From Ascidiella aspersa (taxonomy: Eukaryota): 64,000 nt of DNA. Every line of letters starts with the position of its first letter. Positions within the stretch are counted from its first letter, which is position 1. Below, in pieces: positions 55,351-64,000 of the stretch. The notes beneath the pieces were generated by a model. It made no database searches. It had not been told where the DNA came from and saw only the letters and a program-made list of their open reading frames with translations. The translations under genes and the position numbers were made by a program. The stretch spans positions 26,350,001 to 26,414,000 of the forward strand of contig OZ004612.1 of assembly GCA_963924565.1 (NCBI GenBank). Reading direction: 5' to 3'.

Positions 55351-57413
55351 GGGTGGATTTGCTGGATATACCAACTCATCATTTTTGTAAAATGATGCCT
55401 CGAACACAACACACTAGAACAACCTATCCGCTACACCCATTCAATTTTTGAACTCACGCAGCGGTAGTTTGTTTCAGAAACGAAATTCCTGACGAACCGA
55501 AAAATAGCTACAACAACTCCGGAATCAATTAGCGTCTCGGTCGCCCGCCCAAGGCCGCGGAGCTTCACACGTAGCCCCATGGGGCGAATCAATTAGCCGG
55601 GGGCCTGCTCTCTGTTGCGGCTAACCCAGCAAAGCAACAGCAGCAACAACATTCCCCCGGGGCAGTGGGTAAAATGCCGGGCGAGGACTTTTTCTCACGC
55701 TCAGTGAACGGGTAATTAAGTTGGGACGAGGCTTATCTCTTAGCAGGACGACGCCCGAGTCTTGGCGCCTAAGCCTGGGCCCCAAACTGTCTGCCTGATT
55801 GAGAATGATACGTGCGCGCGTAAAGACAACTTTGCTGATGCCCTGTGTTTTGCGTTGGCGTGATTTGGCTACTGTTAAATTGAACTGCCCCATATTTCTT
55901 CCGAGTTTGCGTCACATTAGAGCTTCCTGCGAACGCCTGATTACGGATATCGTATTCCGCTTCACTTTAAGTGAGCTTATCTGAAAAAAACGGCTTTCAT
56001 CCCATAGTTTACGGTTGTTTTGTTGTTTTGATGGGAATGTTAAATATATTGATGCTAAATCGAACGGAATGTTTCGTGAATAAGTTGTTGTTTTCTGCTT
56101 TAGCAAGGCATTGCCAATAATGCAATGCAACAGTGATAATGCATTTTTAATACTTTGTGTTGATTTCTATTCTTTTTCACACAAAATGGCGCATATAACG
56201 AAAGTTTTATCCAATACCATTTTTTCTCAGATTCAATAGGCAAAAACGCTGCAAAAAATACACGCAAAAATATATAAGTTTATCATTAGTTTAAGACATT
56301 GCATCGGGTATTTTTTAATTAATAATTAGTTGTTGTTAGTTGCAAATCGTTTTCTGGCTAAAATTTCGTACATTAGTTAGTGTTGTGGTCGTCAACCATA
56401 GAAAAGTTATTTAAAAATTAATTATCGGATAGATAATAAACAAAAGAGGGAACACTGGTGTTACCAATACAATCATTAGACATTTTTGTTCCGAAGAGAG
56501 TTGTAAAATCTCTGTTTCAACTCGCGGTATTCCAGAAACGACGTGAATTATTAAGGGCGGTTAAATAATGACATGCTGTTCTTCTGTTGGATCAACAACA
56601 GTCTATCAGCTTAGAGTTTTGTCCACATCTCGTGAATTTTATAACATTTGTTTGCCAAACTTTGTTGCAATGCACAAAGGTTCAAATGTATAGTTTTTAA
56701 ATGAACTCGCGAAACTATATTCTTACATAAGAAACAAAACGAAGCTTATAATATATACTCTGTAGCGCGTTTGTGTTTGGATGCAGAACACAGTTCAGGT
56801 TACAGCGAGACATCGTATTGGATCCAAAGCCTAATTCGAAAAGCATCTGGTCATTTTGCCACCCCGGCCTTCTGAAGAGTGTCGCACAGGCGTGGCTCAT
56901 TACGGGATTTCGCTCGGGATTATTCGTCTACAATTCAGCGCAGAAAAGTTATACGGGCCTGGATTTGGTCACCACCTGTCCTGTATAGGTTTCTGTTTTT
57001 GAGCAATTCTGCTCGCTTAGCCACTATTACAGCTTTCGCAGTGCGCGTAAACCGCAGTAGAGAAAGATTCTATGGGAACTGAGAGGACAGAAACAAATCT
57101 TCCTATGCAAAACGGCGTGTGGTCTCACTAGGAAGAGATAAAAACGACTGACGGGGCTTTACGGCCAGGCCAATTGGCAACAATAGTCGGCAACAAGATA
57201 CAAGTCAGGTGCGGGCTTCGAGGAGTCGGTGACGCTAGGGCAGAGCAAGTCTTTTGGTTGTAGGTCGAGCGAGGCCGATTCACACGCTTGCCACTGCCAG
57301 GGGTCGTTGACCTTTGATGCAGCGGAAAAAGCTGCCGTTTAAGGTTTTAGGATGTTTCCGTTGCGCTAGCGAATTTGCACGAACGATTAAGGCGGGATTA
57401 AATTAGATTTATT

Positions 57414-57583
57414 AAGGATATCCAAGCCCATACAGAAGTAGGTGTCATTTTGAAAGATTCGAATAAATTCTTTTTAATTTTCAACATCACGAATAAAAAG
57501 GTATTCGAAACGTTCAAAATGATACCTGTATGGATTTGATATTTTTATTACGTTTTACTACAACCTTCAACCTTGATGCCCTA
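57414..57583. mobile_element. Palindromic MITE family A copy
   Basis: AAGCCCATACAGAAGTAGGTGTCATTTTGAA ... TATTCGAAACGTTCAAAATGATACCTG...TTACTACAACCTTCAACC. Confidence 0.75.
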
Positions 57584-57585
57584 AA

Positions 57586-57672
57586 TGAGATTTGATAGTG
57601 AATCTGGAAGCCAAAAAGATCTAGTAAATCAACATCATCTTGATAAAGACGTTTCGATACGAACTTCCGTGC
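57586..57672 (+). mobile_element. MITE family B, left arm fragment abutting a family A copy
   Basis: AAGCCAAAAAGATCTAGTAAATCAACATCATCTTGATAAAGACGTTTCGATACGAACTT. Confidence 0.65.
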
Positions 57673-59233
57673 ATAGGGTAACTATACCTAAATTAGACTT
57701 CAGTTTGAGATACAGTTTAGGAAGGATCTTCATAGCATTTCAAGACCATTGGCAAAGTGTTGAAAGTGATTCCCCGTTATAATACGTATTAAAACAAAAT
57801 TATTATACTTCATAAACTCGAAAAAACATAAGGAATCATTACCTTAATATACGATCCTTTTAGCACTGCAAAAACTACTTAAGGATTAAAAAAGCAAGAC
57901 TAAAAATCATTTAAACACGTTTTTTTTTGTAAGTTAAAAAACATCCGGTATTGTGTGAAAATATGAAGTGTTTACATTCCTTTTTTTTTGAAGAATGAAG
58001 CAAAAAAAAGAACGAAGCAGGAATACTTTGTGTTGGGTATTCCAACCAATTCGCTCAATAAAAAAATTTAACGATTGTCATTAGGCTTACAAGAAAAATC
58101 TTTCCATGAAAAATAAACGCGAGCGTAACCAACGTTTTCCTGCAATTCTTTTGGCCTGAAAAATCCTTCGTAATGTTCCCAAATGAGTGCAAAAAATCGT
58201 GTTCACACCTGTGCATCTCAAATAGTGTACGGAAATCGAGGATTAACTTGCGTTTTTCTCCGCTTCCAAACTTCAACCTCATAAAAAAAAACTTTTCTTG
58301 TTTAACCAAACTACTTGTTCTACATATAACATTACCAGTAGATGAGATGTATATACGCGTTCCCGCTAAGTCGTTAAGTCCATAAAACGGCTGCGCGAGT
58401 CAGGTAGGAGAACGATTCTTAATTTCGCGGCCGCCGGAGTATTGAATATCCGAGCGGCGCAGCGACAGCCCGGTACATTATATTTAAATTGCACTGTTTC
58501 GCCTTGATATAGCGACGTCGGCGCCTTTGATTTTGGTCGCTTACACCCTAGTAACTGTCGTTCGAGCTTCCGTTTCGCAAAACGCACCGAGATCAATTTA
58601 TTCCTCACCTTAAACTCCGGGGTAAACCGCAGTCTGTGTCTTTCGAAGAATCGCCTTCAAGACTATCGACTGTCGGATTTGTCAAAGTCAAAAACGAACC
58701 TGTTGTGTGTGTTTAAGTCTGAAAGAAGAAAGTGCACCGCTTTGAAGGGAATTGAGATATAAGAGCAGTTATGGAAGGAATATTCAACGTTGTACAACGT
58801 TTCCAAACCATGTATAGGGGTAATTTTGTTTTACGACCTTGTGTATTTCTCAGACAATTGCGCCTTGTTATTCATGGTGAACAATACTGGTAGGATTGTG
58901 GAATTGCATAAGCAATCCATAAATAGTAACAAAGCTTTAGTAAAAATAACTTGATTTTAACCTAATACTCTTCCATTGGTTTCTAATGATGCAAAAGTTA
59001 ACAAAATGGTAAAAAAAAGGGTTCTATTATCTAAAATATTTGTTTTAACATTTTTAGTTGTATTGGTAAATGGAATATTTTTTTTACCAACTTAGGAACA
59101 TCACTTTTACAAAAAAATATGAGCAAGAATTTGCAAAAAGGAAACTGCTCTAGTTATTTTTTTAATAATAATTTCTTCTACAATTTCTTTTAGTAAAGCT
59201 TGCTCTAAAGTTAATAAAAAATTATCAGAATCA

Positions 59234-59556
59234 AGTGTTGTCAAGTTTTAAGTCTTTTGGACGAATGACTTGACTTGGACTTCAGTCCTCGTGCGAATTT
59301 AAATTTTTGGGTTTAAATTAAGTGTGTTTCATTAAATTTTTCATAAAAAATGGCATACTTTTCTCAATTTTCGCACGTCCTTGCTGTATATTGCGTTTTA
59401 ATTAATTATACTTGAGTTATTTCTCTTGATCGAACGAGTTTACCAACTTTAATAGTTTAACGTTTTATTTTTATGTTAATGGCTTTATTTAAAGTTAACT
59501 TGCTTTGATAATGAATTGACTGGGTCTTAAATAAAAATGACTTGTTTACATAACTT
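59234..59556 (+). mobile_element. Family C element
   Basis: AGTGTTGTCAAG...AATGACTTGACTTGGACTT...TGACTGGGTCTTAAAT...ATGACTTGTTTACATAAC. Confidence 0.6.
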
Positions 59557-60116
59557 TCAGAATCTACAAAAGGTTTTTTAATAAGTTTACAAAAAAATGA
59601 GAGTGTACTAAGTTATCAGTGTGAATCAACAACAAATCTGCAGCCATATCATGTACTGTAGGTAGCCAACATATATAAATAGCACTTTACAAATGGTCCA
59701 CAAAAGGCCTTCATAAACCACGATAAGCTTTTTTACCACGCGGAAAATCCAATTTACCCAGGTTGACCTTCAATGCGTCACAGTCTCGAAACTGTTCGTT
59801 AAGGTCGCGCGCACTCGAGCATGACGCAAATTCGGGCAAATGTAGATTAATGGAACTCGGCGGCGGATAATTTGCCTCGGCAGATGTTTGGGATGGGGAG
59901 AGGGGGCGGCGTTGTAAAAAACACCGTGTTTCGATAGTTTAGGTCGCAGCGTATAGGCCAAAGGACTGGGAATTGATCGAACAGGGCTTCTCAGGTCCAT
60001 TTTCTTGTCGCACACGGGACTTTCGACAAAAACATTATACACGAAACGATTTGGTTGATACGGGATTGTTTCGTGCTTTTTTTCCTTTGCATTCTATCAT
60101 GTTTTAAATTTTAACA

Positions 60117-60211
60117 CAAGTCATTCGTCAATAAAACTTAAGTCAAGTCAAGTAATTTTAAAACAGTGACTTAAGTGCACTTAAACTGAGTCAAGTCATT
60201 GACTTAAGTCT
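60117..60211 (-). mobile_element. Family C fragment (other fragments at ~1832-1899, ~47589-47740, ~62200-62305)
   Basis: AAGTCATTCG...TTAAGTCAAGTCAAGT...CAGTGACTTAAGTGCACTTAA...AAGTCATTGACTTAAGTC. Confidence 0.55.
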
Positions 60212-61708
60212 TTACGATAAAAATGCACATTTTGCCGGAGTCGAACCCGGTTTATTTTTCACCGAATTCGAGGGTGATTCTTTTGGGCAAACACGGTTGG
60301 TGAACCACTGGGTTTGGCGTACGGCAAAAGTGGGGGAAAGTATGCTCGTTAAACTTGTCAGGTGTGAACACGGGCTCGAAACTTCGACCAAATTTTGTTC
60401 GACCCAGGGCGTCGAAATTAAAGTCAGGCCGCTCTGCAAACACCCTGGGCACACATTTTCGATTGCAGAGCCCCCTAATTCACCCACTACCCTCCCCCAC
60501 GTACCCTCGTTCCCCCTTGGGTTTGTGTGAAGCGAGCCTGATAGCGGAAAAGATTGGAAAATTATCCGCGCCTAATCAAACTGATGCGCGCCGCCCGGGG
60601 GACCCCGACACAAATTATCTCGTTTTACCCTCATTTCGGGGGTTGTTCGGTGCACCCTGGGACGCAATAAACGCGAGGGGAAGGGGCAAGCGGTTGGGTG
60701 GCTTTGCTGTTTTGGAAGTGCAGGGTTAGGGGTTTACTGTGTAAATATTGGGTTAAGTTGGGTTAGGTATAGGTTAAAACGAAATAGGCTTGGGGTTTTG
60801 GTGACACATAAACCGAATTTACGAAAATTGAACAACTATGTGTTGTTAAGGTTTAAATTTGTACTTTAGGAATGCAAATTTTATAATAATCTTCAACTTT
60901 GACAGAACATATTTTTTAATATTGAGTAGTTGACTGTATATATATATATACATAAATTCAAGCGTTTTTTGTATGGTTTAGAATAAGTGTACTTTAGCTT
61001 TTGCCATTCGCGATGAACAAATTACCATTTATAAGGTTTAATCAATCAAGTTAAACTGAATCTTAGAGGTAAAGATTTTCCATCGTTCGTTATAAAATAA
61101 GGGCCGGGTTTTTGTCAAGGCAATGTACACAGCTGACAAACCTTCCGTTTCGATGAAGAAAAACACTTGAAAAAAACGACCAAAGCCGTTCCTCCTGCAG
61201 CCAATTTGGAGGCACATTGCATTAGTCTCTGTGTGAAGGCAAGCATAATCGCTGTTCAAACAATAGCGAACCGCCGAAAGCCGAAAACAAGACCTCGCAT
61301 AGGGGCTAATAGTTTAAAACTGCGTCAAAAACGCGTAATTTGGGCGAATTTGCGCGCCCCAATTTAAACGATTACCCGCCAAGGACTATATACGCGCGCA
61401 GGAAAGCGCCTTTACCTATCATTTACGCAGTTAATGATCGGGATTCCGGATTGATCCCAAAGTGCGCGCGCGCTAATGAAATAGAGCGCTGCGAATTATC
61501 CTGGGCGCATTATCTTGCTCTTAGCCTAAGTGGATTTAGTTTGGAGAGACAACACAGGAGCGGATGCTTTGATAGGAGTCTAACGTTCGCGTTTTTGTTT
61601 GTAGTTTGCGATTTGGCTGACGGAATTGTTTTGACGTTCGCACATTACCGAAAGGCCATAGTCGTCTATTTGGAAGTTGTTTCTAGCGTTTAAAAGTATA
61701 GTCTATAT

Positions 61709-62111
61709 CAGGGGTGGGCAAATGTATTCAATGGAAGAGCCATTTGCAGAAAATGCAAGCACCAAAGAGCCTCAAAATTATTTCAATACAAAAACGATAA
61801 ATAATGCAAGGCCAGCCGCAAAAACAACAGAGTTGTAATATAACAAAATGGTAATATTTAACACAATAATAACGGTAATAGCAAAAAAACACGCACAGTA
61901 TTTATTAATATCAGTCTTATGTTAACTAACTCTTCGGGCTTTATGTCTAGTGTTACGTCATAAACGAAAAGCTGGCCTAAATAAAGAAAAAAAAGCAAGA
62001 AACGTTTATCAACGGTACTCTTGGTGACCTTTACAATTCTTTTGAAATTTTACAATTTAACTAGAAGAGCCACAAAAAACATGCCGAAGAGCCGCAGTTT
62101 GCCCACCCCTG
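61709..62111. mobile_element. Non-autonomous hAT (Charlie-like) DNA transposon / MITE, 403 bp
   Basis: 14-bp perfect TIRs CAGGGGTGGGCAAA / TTTGCCCACCCCTG. Perfect 8-bp TSD GTCTATAT (61701-61708 and 62112-62119). Subterminal AAGAGCC repeats. No ORF. Confidence 0.92.
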
Positions 62112-62454
62112 GTCTATATTCTTTGGTTCCAATCATTTTCATTGCATATTTGTATATCTTTTGACTGTATACTTTTGAAAATTAGCAATTATATTATTGT
62201 TGTAATGACTTAATTCACTTAATTGTCTTAACTACGCTTACATCACTATTTTCAAATGATTCAAGTGAACTTAAGTTTATGGTAAAAGTGCTTGCTGACT
62301 TGACAGAATTATCAATCATTAGGTGTAATAAATTATAACATGTTATTTGTTTCAATTTTTTGGTGATTGGTTTGCAAACTAATGCTCAGAAAGAAACACG
62401 TTGACCAAATTATTTTAATTTGACTTTTTGTCAATGATATTAATTGATGATCAT

Positions 62455-62558
62455 TGATCATACAAGTATACGCATGATAACGTTGTTTCAAGATGATGTC
62501 GATTTACTCGACTTTTTTGGTTTTGTAATTCATTATCAAGCTACATTACAGATCCGTA
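62455..62558 (-). mobile_element. MITE family B, right arm
   Basis: TCAAGATGATGTCGATTTACTCGACTTTTTTGGTTTTGTAATTCATTATCAAGCTACATTACAGATCCG is the reverse complement of the 41317 arm. Confidence 0.75.
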
Positions 62559-64000
62559 CATGGTGTACCCAAACAAACTTTCAAGGTATTACAATAATTC
62601 CATAGTTTTAGATTTCTATATTCACCGACAATCTAGGCAAAAATCAGAGTGCAATTAAATATTGAAGTCAGCTTCCATTTTTTTTACGATTCTTTCTTAT
62701 TTTTAAAGGCGCTCCGGGTACTTTATTCCATTTTTACCCTTTCCCAATAGAAAACGTCCTTGGGCGTGGGGATTTCTCGTGCTGGCGTGCCGTCCAGATG
62801 GCTGACGAATTTTCCAAAGGCGGATAGCGATAAGAAGTGAGGCGACCGCGATCAATCTTACTTTCCACCACTGGCCTCCATTTGGCACGCTTCCTAATCG
62901 ACCCGGGCCCTGACTGACAGGTGCCAACGGAAAATCCATCGTGACGTATTTTGGCCTCGGCTTATGACGTCACAAACAGTCGGGGAAAGCACCCGAACGT
63001 GTCCAAGGTCGCGGTGTCGCTTTTTCGGCAGGGCTATTTATGTTAGACGCGTTTTTAAAGGAGAATTAGGCTTCCGAAGGTTTTGGCTACAGCAGATGGA
63101 CGGGTATTTTTAAGAGTCGTGTTGTCTGTATATCTATCGCAGCCTGCATACTTGAGAAAAGGCCATACCGCGTCACGACGACAAAATGTCGCGAGGCGTC
63201 ATTTGGCATGACCACGATATATGGATAAAAAGCGATAAAAAAATTAAAATTTATTTGATATGTTGAATAAATGCTACCCATATTGCAATAATATTCATTC
63301 TATACGTCGACGTACAACATCCAACCAACCAAGATACTAAAAACTAAATAACCAGGAAATATAAACCAAAAAATATTTGTAATAGTTTTAGGGTATAGGA
63401 ATCATTTAAATTAAAACTCCAAATTTTAACTTCTAAACGTCGTATTTTAGAGCAACAAAGTTGCTTTGTAATGTCCTCGATTTTGCCGCATGACCAGTAG
63501 TTTTTATTATTATCTCTTTTGGCTTATATATTATAAATATTAATATTTCGTACTTCCGCTATATGTTATTCGATACAATTTCAGTGCTTAGAACAACTTT
63601 ATTTATGTACTATTTAAAAGGATTTGAAATAGTCGGTAAGCGTATCCACACTCAATGTAAGGGTAATAGGCCATTTTAAGCTGATCCCAAGGTTGTTTAA
63701 ATTAACAAAACATATTGGGTAAACAAAAGTACTTCATATATTCTCCAACTTGCGTCTGAAAACATTCAAATAAAAAAGCACAGCATATTATGCAAGCATC
63801 CTTAAAAACATTATATAACACCGGAGTTGCTTAAACAAACACTGGCTACAGCAAAATTATTGAACCGTTTTTTCTGTGGAAGAAGAAGCAAAATACCCTT
63901 TTCTCTCAAAATAGAACAACACATATTTGGTATAGGAGTTTCGTTCAGTATGAGTTCTTCGAAAACAGCTATTCGTAGATCGCGGCTTTGTGGGTTGACT

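Noticed and set aside
60720-60800. TTAGGG-like telomeric words (also ~37980)
   Set aside because: Only one or two degenerate units, so not an interstitial telomere array. Probably a repeat-family remnant.

Overview
Eukaryotic (animal) genomic DNA, AT-rich overall with no obvious CpG depletion. The compact introns, composition and MITE content suggest an invertebrate deuterostome such as an ascidian, but this is inference only. One protein-coding gene is supportable: a Six1/2 (sine oculis class) homeobox gene on the + strand. It has three coding exons (21757-22353, 23621-23784, 26205-26757; 437 aa) encoding a SIX domain, an ETSY-type K50 homeodomain and a His/Pro/Gln/Met-rich tail. The other ~59 kb is a gene desert. 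By eye it alternates between 200-600 bp GC/CpG-rich, motif-dense islands (about 50-55, roughly one per 1.1-1.3 kb) and AT-rich troughs. The troughs hold at least three dispersed MITE-like families, several hAT-like non-autonomous elements (one with a perfect 8-bp TSD), tandem repeats (166, ~66 and 30 bp units), local duplications and a 348-N assembly gap. No tRNA, rRNA, CRISPR array or transposase ORF could be supported.
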